From Chrysomallon squamiferum (Eukaryota; Animalia; Mollusca), in the NCBI GenBank assembly GCA_012295275.1, contig CM022679.1:5642001-5706000 (forward strand): DNA of 64,000 nt, in the 5' to 3' direction. The notes under the pieces are model-generated. The model ran no database searches. It was not told the DNA's origin and worked only from the letters and a program-made list of their open reading frames with translations. Of the stretch, positions 19,664 to 33,858 are shown piece by piece. The position numbers and the translations under genes were made by a program. The first letter of the stretch is position 1. Each line of letters begins with the position of its first letter.

Positions 19664-20509
19664 CTCAGTGTTAAACTACTATTTGCTGACACAGAATATC
19701 TCAGATAAAACGTATATGTGTCATAATTACTGCTGTTGTTGTTGTTACAAACTGAGAATATCGCTGACAAAGAATATTTGATCAGCAACAACAATTAAAA
19801 AACAACAATGATAATAATAATAATAATAAGTGTAAGACACAAGCATTCCTTAGCTCTTGAATATACATCATTACAACCTCATCTCTATTTACGAAATTTA
19901 TAATCTCTTCAGTACAAATGTTTACAAAGAATGCTAATTAATTACATCTAAAGGGCTGTTTGCTTTTTAATGCTGTTCAGTTTTCTAATACTACTCTGTA
20001 TAAATGTTGCGGACGTGAATACTTCAGCTGAAATACTGTAGAGTATAAATTGGCAAGACACTACTGCATCTAAAATAAATTAGGCAAGCACGCACACCGG
20101 AGTACATGTTCTTCACTAATATTAACTTCGAGAACTGACATTCTAAGTCAGTGACAAAGAAAAATAAATAAATAAATAAATAAATTTAAAAACAAAAATG
20201 TTTAAATATGATGAATCTATATCCCAGAGCATGATTCAGTGTATTTATTGGTGTTATGAAACAAAGATTCTTTACAAATAATTAAACTGTTTTTCTTTTC
20301 CTTTGGAGATTCAGATTTTAGATGAACATAAATAGTCAGTATTACAAATTTTGTACTGTTTATTATTTAATCATAATTAAATTATCACAGAGCTCCGTCA
20401 GAAGTAATCTGTTGATATTAAGCACAACAAAAACAAAATAAACATCTGTAAATTCTCTATTTTATTTACGTTTCTCTGAGCAATATCAATTTAGGCATTA
20501 TCACCATGA

Positions 20510-23500
20510 CAGAAATATATATTTCTGTAATGAGTAAATCTATTAAAATCTATTAAAATGAGTATGAGATTATGTTCTACAATCGTAACAGATGTTCATA
20601 ATGTCCCTTTTCTGTCAGCAGACCAAATATATCTCAACAGCTGATGTTTTGCATGCATTAACATATAACCATCTTCATACACAAAGTGTTAAAAACAACA
20701 GAACCAAATTCACTTATTTTAATATGACACAGATGTAACGTTATTACACTGATTTGAAATTGTGAAATGCTTGTTTGTTACTTATTGTGCCATATGTTTT
20801 TGATTTTTGATTAAAAAAAAAATTAAAATGTTGAGTAAAACAGAATATTTTTGTGAAACAGAATGTTAGTATCAAATAAAATGTTATTATTTGACAGAAT
20901 GAAACAAAAAATATCCCAATTTCTGTGATGTTATATATCCAGTGTATATATCCACGTATAGTAGATATCACCCGACCAATATACGCCACCCTGATATCTT
21001 CATTCATTTTGAAATGTCTAACGTTTTTCCCTATGAACCTTGAAGCACTGAGACTGTCATCTGATGGACTGGTTAATGAACATGTAATTAAATTTTTGAT
21101 ATTAACAGCTAATTTCTGAATACTGTATTGTTCCTCTACTTCTGACAACTGAAATAATTGTTTTGTCTAGTGCATTTTTTCTGAATAACAGCTGTGCTTT
21201 AAGACCTTTTTTCGTTTTTGTCCAAAATTTGTCGTAATATGGCACACATTTCACCATCGAAATTGTCTTGTTGCATAAGTCGTTTATATCTGTCATCTAT
21301 TTTCATGATGTCTGGAAAAGGTGCATATCTCCAGACTACATCTGAGCAATTTCTTCTTCTTTTTTTTTGAAACAAATTTTTTGATGTTTTACATATTTAT
21401 CCGGCAGAAATGTTTTGAAATCAACATAACATCCAATTTTTGTTTTCATCTCCTCCTCTTCCTAAACATTAAAATGCTGTTCTGACTAGTCTGACTGACC
21501 CACTTTCTTCCTTTATACAGAAATGACAATTCTCTACATCAGCTTCAGCACCCATTGGTCCCTCTTTTGTGTTACTTTCATAATTTTTTATCACAGTATC
21601 AGACATTTTTCCAAAATGTACAAGAATATGCAGTCCACTGTAGAAGTTATTGAGTCTCGACATTGTTTCCTACTCTGTCTCCGACAATTCATTCAAGCAA
21701 CTGTATACTGATTGTAAAAGCTCTTCTCTGTAAGACTGTAATTTATTATGAAATTTCTGCTCTGTTGCAGCTCTGTCTGACATTTAATTTTTTAGGTTAA
21801 TTAATATCTTCTTTTCAATTTGTTTATATGTACATTCTTCAGTGTCATTGATGAAGGATTTCAGAGAATTAAAGCAAGTTGCAGAACTTTTATCAGACAT
21901 ATTTCGAAGTCCAAATACCCACTCTTTTCCTTTATCATCACTCACAGAAAACTGTTCTTAACTGTCACCATTCTTTCTACATCCATCAGATTGTAAAGTT
22001 GTATTCATTTAATCAGACAATCCTTCAGAAATCTGCATATAAGAAACAGTTACTAGCTGATTGGCAATTCGATTAATGGTTGAAACTGAAGGCAATTTGG
22101 AAAATGTTTTGCCACACAGGTCAGCCACATAGATCATTACTTTGCTTACATGGTGCACGTCAACACCCTCAGCCAACATAATCATTACCCAACATACTGT
22201 CTCTTGTGTACATGTATTTTTTCTGATTCAGTTGTGGTTATTACATTAGATTTGTCATCTGTCAGTAACTGTTCCATGTATGTTAAACTTTGCTTCAAAA
22301 TACGATTTTCCAGGGATTTTTTATCTCTTTCTTTAATGAACTTACATATTCTTGTGGATATCCAATTATTGTTACATGTTACTTGGCATTTTTGGATTTT
22401 AATTGTAATAGTCTGTATTTTTAACACAGACTATTATATTTCATTTTTTTAGTTTGTAATATGGACATTTATCTTTTGTTCTTTTCGATAACCCCAATTA
22501 TTCCTTTCTCTTTCTTAAAACTTCATTTGACATTTCAATATTTATTTTTTGCTTTTTATCTTCCTGAACTATTTTGGAAAGAGTTTCTACCTCCGCATTG
22601 ATAGCATTTTTTAAATTATATATGAAGTTGTTGGCCTAATTACTGCTGATGATAACTTGAATTCAATTGATGTATTTAGCATATATTTCTTTTTCTGACC
22701 TCTTGCACATTTCTTTTTCACTTCCTATGCTTTTGTTCTTAAAATATTACAGTTCATAGCTGAAGCTAAATCATTTATAGTACAGTCTGTGCCCTTGGTT
22801 TTGGTTATTTTAAAATAATAATGAATCAACATTTCATTTGTGATGTGTTTGCAAGTCAGTGTCATTCAGTTTAATTTTTGCAGCATCCATAGCTGACTGA
22901 AGACTACTATGTTTTAGTAGGAATTCCTCCGGTATTAACTGTTTGTGTAGAAATGTAAACTTTTCTTATCTCCAGGAAATTGAGGTACTTCAATGTGAAC
23001 AACAATACATATTTTAATGTGTTTCCAGCAGATAGCAAACATTTCAGTCATAGGATGGACAGTTGAAGTTATAAAAGATGTATACCCCACAATGAACCTA
23101 ACATGGGTAGAAACATCAACTGTGGAAATAATTCAAAAACTGCAGATACCTTTCGGTGCAGTCTGTCACTGACAGATGTAAAACTAAGACTTTCGTCAAA
23201 TTCTATGAACAGCTGTGCGTTGCTGAAGATTCAATGACGAACTGAAACAGATGTCGCCTAATAACACTACTGGTTACAGATACCTGTAAATAATACACAA
23301 GTAAAAATAAAGAACAGGTATACAGAACAATTATGCATATCCCGATAGGGAACATGGACGAGGAAAAATACATAATAATCTGAATGGGTTGGGGAAATTC
23401 ACTTGATTTTTGTATTTTGATAATAGAAGTAATATATAAATAACATGTGAAAAATAATACAGTACGGAACGTCACACATGTATGAAGGTTGATATGAAGA

Positions 23501-24000
23501 CGAAGTTACAGCAAAGAATAAATGAATAAATGAATGAATGAATAAAGACAGCTAGAAAGAAACCCTTTTCCACCTTTGCAGTAATTATTACTGAAAAACA
23601 GACATTTATGTACAGGAGGCATTGATTATACGATACAATTCCCCAAAATACTTTTAAAATCAACGTAGAACTGATTGCATTATGAATGAATGAATATATG
23701 TTTAAACACTGACCGGCGTTCGACGCAGCTATCTTCGATTTCGATCGTAAGTTTTCATGAGTGCTCGAAAACTGTCTGATCGTGGTTTTAAACGTCCAAA
23801 TTAAACTATTTTACGTCCATTTTTCGGAACTTTTTATGATTTACACTAATAAAGGTAAGGATGGTTGTTCCTATTACCAAACCATGATGTCACGCGCCTT
23901 TCCTAACTACTTTTTCAACTTAATCAAACTTTTCAAACTGGTATATTTTTGTGCAAATGCGTGCATAATAAACTGAAATTATAATTCGAAATAAGATTAA
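20510..24000 (-). mobile_element. Decayed DNA-transposon-like element with a disrupted, intronless DDE-type transposase
   Basis: Block found only upstream of copy B; homology with the other copies stops at about 20510. Broken minus-strand frame: ..LPSVSTINRIA..NTTLQSDGCRKNG..WVFGLRNMSDKSS.. (about 22150-21840), MSDRAATEQKF (about 21785-21750), NNFYSGLHIL (about 21650, a degenerate CxxH position). Multiple stops and frameshifts. Boundaries are approximate and no TIRs were established. Confidence 0.55.
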
Positions 24001-24346
24001 TGTATTAACTTTTGTAGTTGTCAGTGTTCCCCCTGTCAGAACCCAGCAGAGAAGAACATTTAGGTGTTATATGTACCCATTAAACCAGCACAATTTCTTG
24101 AGTCTTGTTTCCGTGACGTAATTTGTGCCGTTATGAGTTATCGTTCCTGTTGGTTAATGCTAAGTAATAGCATGACGTAATATGTAAATGACTATGCTTA
24201 TCTGCAATGGTACATTGTAACCCATTTATTATTGTTGTTATTCATGTTTTTATTACTACATTATACTACTACTTCTACTACTATAATAAAAATTATTACT
24301 ATTACTAGTACAATAATACCTACAACCATTATTGTACTAGAAACAA

Positions 24347-24400
<54 letters not shown>

Positions 24401-25759
24401 ATACTTCAACGCAACAGGATTATGAACAGAGAAACATTCTTTCTTGAGACTAGGGGCACCCTGATATTTCCATAATCATGATAATGTAAAAACTTTCTTG
24501 ATATAGTTCAAAGGAATATAAAGTAATATAGAATTTACAGATATTTGCTTTGTTTTTATTGTTTGATATCAATAGTTTACTTCTGACAGTGTTTTCTAGT
24601 TATTTAGTTACGGCTAAGTAATAAACAGTGGGAAATGTGCAATATTCAGTACAAATATTAATTTAGAAATAATAAATAATAATTAAGAAAAATTTCCAGA
24701 AAAATCCCCAAACATTTATCAATGTATTTAAAAACTGGACGGTTTCATCATCTTAACGTCTGATACAAAATATATCACGATTGTCCTTCGTTAACCTTAA
24801 ATCTGATCGAATTGTTTTTCCATGACGTAAAACCATAAAAATTTGAAAGTGAAAGATTCATGCTGATAATTTTCTCAAACACACACACTCAGACAAAAAC
24901 GCACATATATATACATACACACTATATTAATTACTTTTATTCATAACTACTTAACACAACTCCACTTAAGTATTTGTGCTTTATGTGTTTTCTTTATCTA
25001 GTAAAATCAGTATTATCGAATTAAATATTTTACATATGTAATATCTACGTTTTCTTATCCTTTTATTAAAACAAATTTTTAAAGGTGTAAATGCGACTGC
25101 TTGCCTTTTTGTACTTACATTTCTTTATCTCTGTGAACTGTTCTCTTTCCTTATTCGTTTTCTTATTATTATTTTTATTATTATTTTCATGTTTGTTATT
25201 ATTATTATTGTTGTTGCTTTTATTATTGTTGTTGTTGTTGTTGTTGTTGTTATTGTCGTTGTTGTTATTATTATTACAAATAATAATAATTCTACATTTC
25301 ATTTCCCAAAAATGGAGAGCTGAAGTTTAACACAAATCTAATTCCATTTTCTTTTTTCTTTTTTTTTGATAAAATGGGTCATTTATCTGAACAAATTATT
25401 TCAGTTTCATAATTAAGTAAAGTTAAGACCAATGTGTACCAAATTTCACTGAACTTGTTTTATTAAAATTAAAAAAAAAAAAAAAAAATTTTTTTTTTTT
25501 TTTTTCAATTTTTTTTAATTTATTTAATTTTTCTATGTATTTTATTTTTTTATTTTTATTTTTATAAATCATCCAAGCAATTTATTTTTTTATTTTTTTA
25601 TTTTTTTCTGAGAGAGAGAGAGAGGATAATAATACTTTTAATTTCTATAATTACTAGCTGTCAAATTAAATAATACAGATTAGAGGAAAAAAAAAAATTT
25701 ATTTATTTAATTATTTTTATGGTTTATATATTTCAAAATATCAACAGTGAAACTTTTAA

Positions 25760-27799
25760 TCAACATTTGACATTGTACTTAGAGTCACACTTTTTAGAGA
25801 CCGGATTAAATACCAAATTCGGAGGACAACTCATCAAAACTGCACTTCCCTGAGTACATGTGAAGTACGTAGAACAGTCATCCGGATTAGCAATATTTCC
25901 AACCCGGTCGTGACAGAGATCTTTGCTGGAACCTACCACAATTAGTAAGAAAGTGAATAAGTAAGGAGATAAATAAATTAGAAAATAAGTAAGGAGATTT
26001 ACAAATAAGTTAGAAAATAAGTAAGTCAGTAAGTAAATATATAAGCAAGAAAGTAAGCAACCAAGTAAGAAACATTGCATATGTACGTACATACAAACAT
26101 ACACACGTTCATAAATACTTATAAGTGTGCGTAATAATTTTAAAAACTTGGACGGAGACTGGCTAGAACTGGAAATCAGTATAAAAGTATTGTCGGAGGA
26201 GGAGAAGTAATTAGATAATAACCTACCTGTCTTTGTAGGGTTCACATGGTCGGAAGAATGTGGCGGAATTGGTGATAGAGAAATGACCGGCAATGGCTTC
26301 ATTCTGGAACAGTCACATATATTATGTACAGTATTTTTCCTTTTTAAAAAAACATACATTTATTTTCGAACTGCAATTTAGCATCCAGTTTAGTATGGTA
26401 ATATACTTCACCACAGTAACAAAACAAAAGAATTAAACACATCAAAAATAAATCGTTAATAATCAAAATGGGATCTTCGTAAATAGTATTATTGCTAGAA
26501 TAAAAAATAATTGTTTTAAAAATTTTACATTGATCTGTAAAAAACAATTCTGCTAGACATTGACTGCCTAAAGATATAAAAAATCATCACATCAAAAATC
26601 GTCTGGATTCATATTACGAAAACATTTGCATTTTTGTTATTGTATCTGTTTCGTTTTATATCTACTGTATAATGTCTAGATTTATATATTTTATTTCCAC
26701 CCGAAGACAAATGTTTAGGAAACATCACAAGACAAATATTTTATAAACATACATAACAACTTAATTATTTTATGTATAGCACAACATAAATATTTTATAT
26801 ACACGACAGCCCAAATATTTTCCAAAAACCATCACATAAATATTTTATGTACACCACAACACAAACATTTTACCAACACCACATAAACAATGAAACAGAA
26901 ACTGACTCGTTGGGTTCTTTGCATTTGACGACAGATTTCAGCTGATTATCGACGTCCCGCAATATAGGATATCGGCCTTGTCCACAAAATTCACCAGTAA
27001 AATCATCAAGATCCAAAGACCAGTAAAAAACTCCACCAAATCCATTGTGTTTAGCATAACAAACCTGAAATAGTTTGGTAATCTCGTTATCATGTGTGTG
27101 TTTTGATTGAGATGGTGGACTATGTACTCGTTATCATGGGTGTGCTAAGATGTGTGATGCCCCATTTACTAATTATCATGTGTATGTTTTGATGTGAGAC
27201 GATGGACTATGTCTCTTCCATTCTTTGAAGAAATCATTTTCCTTACGGAATAGTTAACTTCCTCCTGTTTGCGTATGTAGGAGCAAATATACGAGTCTGA
27301 ATAAAAATAACCAGAGTAACAGTTTAAAAAGATATAATATTTTCTTAATATAAAACCAAAATGCAAATTTAGTTTGTATTTTCGGGGATGTAATAAATAC
27401 AGAGGAGATTGTTTTCACGAAAACAAACAAACTAACTGATTAACAAATAAAATAAAACATATTAAATATTAAACAAACAAATAAATAAACAAACAAACAA
27501 ATAAATAATATAAATAATAATAAATTATTCATCAGTAATCTGATGCCTGCATTTTAGAAATTAAAATTAGTGAGAAACCTGCCTTGTATCCAGCGCTTTC
27601 GACGTTCTCACATCCAGCCCACCAGTTTCCTTTAACATAATAGAAAACCTTTTGATCTGGTATGTATCTTTTTTCCGCTCCATTGGCTACCATAGTACAT
27701 ACCTATTACACAAGATAAGAGAAGCAAAACACACATTGACATTAGAATAAGTTAAATAAAGGAATCAATCAATGAACTATGTATAAACAGGTTATGCAT

Positions 27800-27880
<81 letters not shown>

Positions 27881-30800
27881 TTATTGATTTGTCTCTTCAT
27901 CCGTCCTATCTTTTTCATACTTTCTGTCTCTACACCTCCTTCTTTTAATTTATCCCATTAGCTGCCCATGTATTAATTTGTCTTTCTCTAATCTACCAAT
28001 TTAGCCTTTTTATTATCTATCTGACTACATACATTACAGTCCATGTGCAGTTAATTATGTATTAATTTGTAAATACAGTGAGTGACTGTGTGAATGTCTG
28101 TATGTTTGTGTGTATTTAATCACCTCATAATAAGATATAATTCCATCTGATTGACTAAACGGGGCTTTCGGTCCCACAACTCCGGGTGCACCTAAACCAT
28201 TTTGATTCGATATAAGAGTGAAAGTTCTTCCATATATTGATATACCAACAAGAAGCTTTCCTTTAGGGCAATATCGTGCCCAGTATTTCATTGTAAAATC
28301 CTACAGTAATCATATGTAACAATCACAAATAAATTAGGTAATATACATATGGTATCATATACCAGTAACATACAAACAGTTAACAACAACATTATATTAC
28401 AAGTATTATTTATTATATATTAAATAATACTAACAGTTACCACTACAACTGTTATCCCTACTACTACTACTAGTCCTACCACTACGTTTACTACTATTGC
28501 CAATATTAGTGCTCTTACTATTGTTACCACTATTAATGTTGTCATTATTACAACTACTGTTGTTAAAATAATAATAATAATAGTAGTAACTGAAGTCGTT
28601 GTTATAGTGGTGGTTACTGAGGTAGTGGTGGTGATGGTAATGGTGGTGGTAAGATAAGTAATAAAATTCCATAAAATACTTGTGTTCTCCAGAAAAATTG
28701 GTGTTGCGAAATCCATAAAATGTTTGTGCTGTATAGTACATACAGCATTTTGTATTGTGATGTATATAAAACATTTATTTTCTTATTTACATTGTCTGTT
28801 TGCTTCTTTTTTTTTTTAGTGTTGTTCTTTTTTCTTTCATTCTTTTTTTTATTTGTATTTTCTTTCTTGTTTTCTTTTTTTTGTTGTTTTCTGACGATGT
28901 TACTAACATAACTTACTTATTGTTGTGTAACCCCTCAGCATCTTTCGATGCATAAAGTGGACTGCTATGCCCAGTGTATGCATCCCATCCTCCGTGCAAA
29001 TCGTAAGTCATGACACTTACATAATCGACAAGCCTGAAATGATAGGTTAAGACAGCAGAACAAGAAATACAAAACAAGAGGGTTCACACCATGGCAAGAA
29101 CACACCAGTGATCCGAGCAAGTAAGTTCAGTCTATCGCTGAGGAACAGCCTGCCACAGTAATGCTACACAGGATTTATTTACTTACTTATTTATTTATGT
29201 ATTTATTTATTTATTTACTTATTCAATCATTCATTTATTTATTTTGTTGCTGTTGTTGTGTAAGAAACTGTTTAATCTAGGAAACCTCCTAACTGTAGTA
29301 TGTCGAATTTTTCAAATCATTTAACAGTAAGACAACACCAATAACAGTAATAGTAATAACAATAAGAAAATTAATAATAATAATAACAATAATAACAACA
29401 ACAGCAACAACAACGACAACAATAACAATGATAACGATGATAATAATAATAACAGCAACAATAATAATAATATCAAAACGGGTGTAAAACGTATTAATAA
29501 GAATGCTATAATGCTGATGTGAAAAAATATTAATAATTAAAGAATACAGTTATTAAGTGTGTGAAAAAACTTATTAATACTTAAACATGTTTTCGTAAGA
29601 ACGCTGTTGTGTTTGTCGCAAAATATTGTATTCTTTGTAAGTTGGCGACAAGCTTAGTAAACATTTTAGTGCCCATGTACCATCCGCCCACAGAAAGAAG
29701 TGTTTTCACGTTAGGGTACATTTTAACAGCGTCATTAAACAACTGGTACCTTTAATAATAAAACTAGAAATAAGGAAAAGAAGAAGAAAGAAAGAAATGG
29801 TGATAATGCTTATGTCACTACTACATCTTATAATTAGTTATACTACTTATAATAATTACTGTGACATCTATTACGTGGTAATACTATAACCACTGCAACT
29901 ACTAATAGTAGCAGTTTTGATGATGATGATGATGATGATGACGGTACGACAACTATGTATACATAGGTTGTAACTGACATATTGATGTAAGTACTAGGTG
30001 TAACTGACATACTGATGTAAGTACTAGGTGTAACTGACATACTGATGTAAGTACTAGGTGTAACTGACATACTGATGTAAGTACTAGGTGTAACTGACGT
30101 AATGATACAAATACTATTTGTGACTGACGTTTTGATGTAAGTACTGTATGTAATTGACATATTGATGTAAGTACGGTCTGTATCTGATGTACTGATATAA
30201 GCACTATGTGAAATTCACGTATTGATGAAAGTATTTTTGTAACTAAATATAACTATTCGTCTTACATTCCTTTTCCCGTATTCAAATCGTCATTCCATTC
30301 GAATGGTGCCAGAACAACTATAAGAACCCAATAAAATATTTATCAGTACACTGCAAAAACAAATACACTCAGATGCAAATTAATTTTACTGCTGTTATAT
30401 ACATAGATACGCACACATATATATATCATATATACATGCAAACATACATATATACACACATACATAATATTTCTGGGTAACAAAAAAATATAGTACAAGC
30501 TAGTTAGCATTACAACTAAACGAAACAAAGAACTCTATAACACAACTTTTAATCAACTCAAATCCCTTGAGAAAAAATAAGAAAATGAATATTATTTATA
30601 AAAAAAAATTATAAAAAAATAAATTCTTAAATACATAGAGACGTATATGCAAACATATATATATATATACATATATACACACATGCTTGCATAAAAATGC
30701 AAATGCACACCCATATATCATATCTAATGTTTCTGAGTAGATCATTATGTAGATGTTTACATCATCATCATCATCGGTATATCTTTTTCTTACAAACGAA

Positions 30801-31017
30801 CCTTTATTGTTAGCACTGTTTATGAGCTTAGCACAGCAGTAAGTCAAATGTGTACATAGCGAGACGTCTATATCTTTTGGTACAAATCTTCCTTTCCCAG
30901 CTCTGTACTGAGTCCAGTTAGTAAAGTAGCAAATTCTCAAGTAATCGTCATCTAGTTATACAAAGACAATAGAATTATCCTGTCATGGATCATCAGTTTG
31001 AAATGTCCTACATTTTT

Positions 31018-31107
<90 letters not shown>

Positions 31108-31141
31108 CACTTTGTTTGATTCTTCATCATCATCATCATCA

Positions 31142-31179
<38 letters not shown>

Positions 31180-31257
31180 TCGAATCGTACCGTAACTTGG
31201 AACCGACAAGAATATTATCGTCAGAAACATTAGAACAGAAATTGTTAGAGCAGTCAT
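25760..31257 (-). pseudogene. GH18 chitinase copy C: canonical motifs and complete 6-Cys CBM14, but catalytic segment deleted
   Basis: Exons 31257-31191, 30951-30802, 30317-30266, 29749-(truncated at about 29588), 29033-28917, 28300-28124, 27702-27583, 27064-26907, 26303-26227, 25932-25760. An approximately 426-bp deletion (equivalent to A 4451-4877) removes the DxDxE region and the whole next exon, giving FLRKHV-stop (29581-29583). Exon 29033-28917 is 117 nt versus 124 nt in A and B, a second frameshift. Confidence 0.85.
29968..30210. repeat. 30-bp intronic minisatellite (gtaactgacatactgatgtaagtactaggt)
   Basis: Several perfect 30-bp units in copy C. Degenerate paralogous arrays at about 5260-5600 (A) and 17450-17860 (B). 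Confidence 0.9.
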
Positions 31258-31867
31258 CTATAAGCAAGAGATTAACAAAAGACAAAATACATTAAAATCA
31301 TCACGTGAATAACTGAATGTATAGAACCAATGTATAGTAACATGTTAAGCTATAACAAAAGAAACCACAGCCAATAGATGTGTGTACAAAATGTTTTACA
31401 TTTATACTGAAACATACAACATGCCAAACTACACACACTGTCTGCCATCTCTTAAATGCCAAAGTAGCCCTTTGTTACAAAAAAACGTGCCATATCCATT
31501 TCTTGTTGTCCCAGTACCGAAACAAATTCATCGTCTGTCTTTTGTCCTATAAAGCGTCTTTAGACGTGAGTGTAAAAATTGGTTCTATAAACGTCCGCCG
31601 AATAATTACACAATTCACAGACCTTCTGTAATGCAGTTTTTTCTTAACAACCGATAACAAGGTAAAATTATTTAACAAAACAAAATAACGTAAAATATAT
31701 TTTAATATAGATTACTTATCAACAGATAATAAGAGAAAATTGCATGCAACAACATTTGTATGAAAAGAGAAGAAATGAAAGTAAATATAACAAAACAGAA
31801 CAAGATCAAATGTATTTCACAACGCAGAATAAGATAAAAATATATTAAAACACAAAACGGTATTTAC

Positions 31868-31970
31868 CGTGATTAAGTCTTCTGCGGGCGAATGATTTCA
31901 GATTAATTTTATACGATTCCTGAAAATACAAGTGATAGTTTTAGAAACGTGTAGAATTCTCATTATAAAT
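31868..31970 (-). promoter_or_regulatory. Putative promoter and non-coding exon 1 of copy C
   Basis: Paralog of 7316-7434. TATAAAA at 31907-31913 is retained, CCAAT is absent, and there is a 16-bp deletion (relative to B) over the presumed initiator region. Confidence 0.45.
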
Positions 31971-33339
31971 TACTATTTGAAATTATTTCACGCAGACTGT
32001 AAATTTTACTGACAAAGAATATCTAAGATAAAATGTATATGTCATCTGAATATGAAGTAATTCTTAAATTACCTGTCATTTGCTTCATATTAATGATGTT
32101 CTATTTTGAAATTTTGATAATTAACATGATAAAATCAATATGCAGTCGTGTTACTTGTTTGAAAGAGGTAATGTTAAATTTTAAATTTAGTGGCAACACT
32201 TATTCATTATATAATGATGATGATGAAGATGTTGAGTAGTAGCAGTAGTAGTAGTAGTAGAAGTAGTAGTACTAGTAGTGCTAGTAATAGTAGCAGTAGT
32301 AGAAGTAGTGGTATCAGTATTATCATAATTACTGCTATTGTTGTTGTTGTTGTTACAAACTGAGAATATCGCTGACAAAGAATATTTGATCAGCAACAAC
32401 AATTAAAAAACAACAATGATAATAATAATAACAAGTGTAAACACAAGCATTCCTTAGCACTTGAATATACATCATTACAACCTCATTTTCTATTTGCGTA
32501 ATTTATAACCTTTTCTTTACAAATTTTTACAAAGAATGTTCATTAATGACGTCTAAAGAGTTGTTTGCTTTTTAATGAAATCTAAAGGGCAATCTAATTT
32601 AATATTAATATTAAACACGGTGACCACATTAAATACTTCATACTGCATTAAAAATGGTCAGTGCATTAAGTGTTTTATATTGAAAAGTAATATTATTAAA
32701 ATTAAATTGTTGCAGTAAAAGAAAAATATTAGTATAAGCTTAAGATTCAATGGATATTCAGGGTCAAGATTTTCTTAGTCTTTTGGATCTTATCCGTTAT
32801 ATCGAGGATGTCATCGTAGTTTCGGTGCTATCGTCTGCTGTTCAGTTTTGTAATTCTGCTCTGTATAAATGTTGCGGACGTGAATACTTCAGTTGAAATA
32901 CTGTAGAGTATAAATTTGCAAGACACTACTGCATCTAAAATAAATTAGGCAAGCACGCACACCGGAGTACATGTTCTTCACTAATATTAACTTCGAGAGC
33001 TGACATTCTAAGTCAGTGACGAAGAAAAATTTATTAATTAATTATTCAGAGCATTATTCAGTATATTTATTAGGATTACGAAACAAAGATTCTTAACAAT
33101 TAATTAAACTGTTTCTCTTTTCCTTTGGAGATTCAGTTTTTAGATGAACATAAATAGTGAGTATTACAAATTTTGTACTGTTTATTATTTAATAATAATT
33201 AAATTATTACAAAATTCTGTCAGAAGTAATCTGTTGATATTAAGCACAATAAAAACAAAGTAAACATCTGTAAATTCTGTCATATTTACGTTTGTTTAAA
33301 CAATATCAACACAATTTAGGCATGATCACCATGACAAAA

Positions 33340-33858
33340 AGCATCTCTGTTGTGCTGTGCTCGTGTTCTGTGCAGTATTTTTCCAAATTCCCATGGATCC
33401 TAAGAAAGTGAGTGCAATGGACAGTGCTGAGAAAAAAGACGTCCATTTAAGTAAAGCATGAAATCATAGAAAAACATGAACGTGGTGTGCGTATAGTCAA
33501 CGTGGCTAGGCAGTAGCAGCATAGTATTTTTACGATATGTACTACACTGAAGAAGATGAAGTCGATAAAGGCTGTAAGTCCAGGTAAACTCGTTAAAATA
33601 AATTCTAAGCTGAGGACGTTTGTCCATGAAAAGATGGAGAAACCCTAATCCTGTTCACTTTACAAAACCAATTTATTTCTTTACATTCTCTTTTATTTTG
33701 TTTTTATGCAATATTTGTTATAAATACATACAGTTTTCTTATTTATAAAAAAAAAAACCTTTACAAAACACTGGGGTGGTTTTTTTTTGGGGAAGGAGCG
33801 GATTAATGGTATTTCAATTAATTTCAATTGAGATACCAGCTTTGTCGAGGTACCACTG
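33340..33858 (+). mobile_element. Tigger/pogo-family non-autonomous DNA transposon remnant
   Basis: About 33393-33555 encodes a broken CENP-B-type HTH N-terminus (MDPKKVSAMDSAEKK../KHEIIEKHERGVRIVNVARQ*QHSIFTICTTLK). The right end reads CGAGGTACCACTG|TA (reverse complement TA|CAGTGGTACCTCG), a Tigger-like TIR with a TA target site. The left TIR was not found. Confidence 0.75.

Noticed and set aside
20509-20528. Perfect palindrome acagaaatatatatttctgt at the edge of the transposon-like block
   Set aside because: Short and AT-rich, with no matching structure found at the other end, so it cannot be called a terminus.
29843-30204. Repetitive ORFs (SVTPSTYISM)n and (LHLVLTSVCQ)n, and a superficial CRISPR-like periodicity
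   Set aside because: A head-to-tail 30-bp intronic minisatellite with no unique spacers, in a eukaryotic intron with no cas genes.
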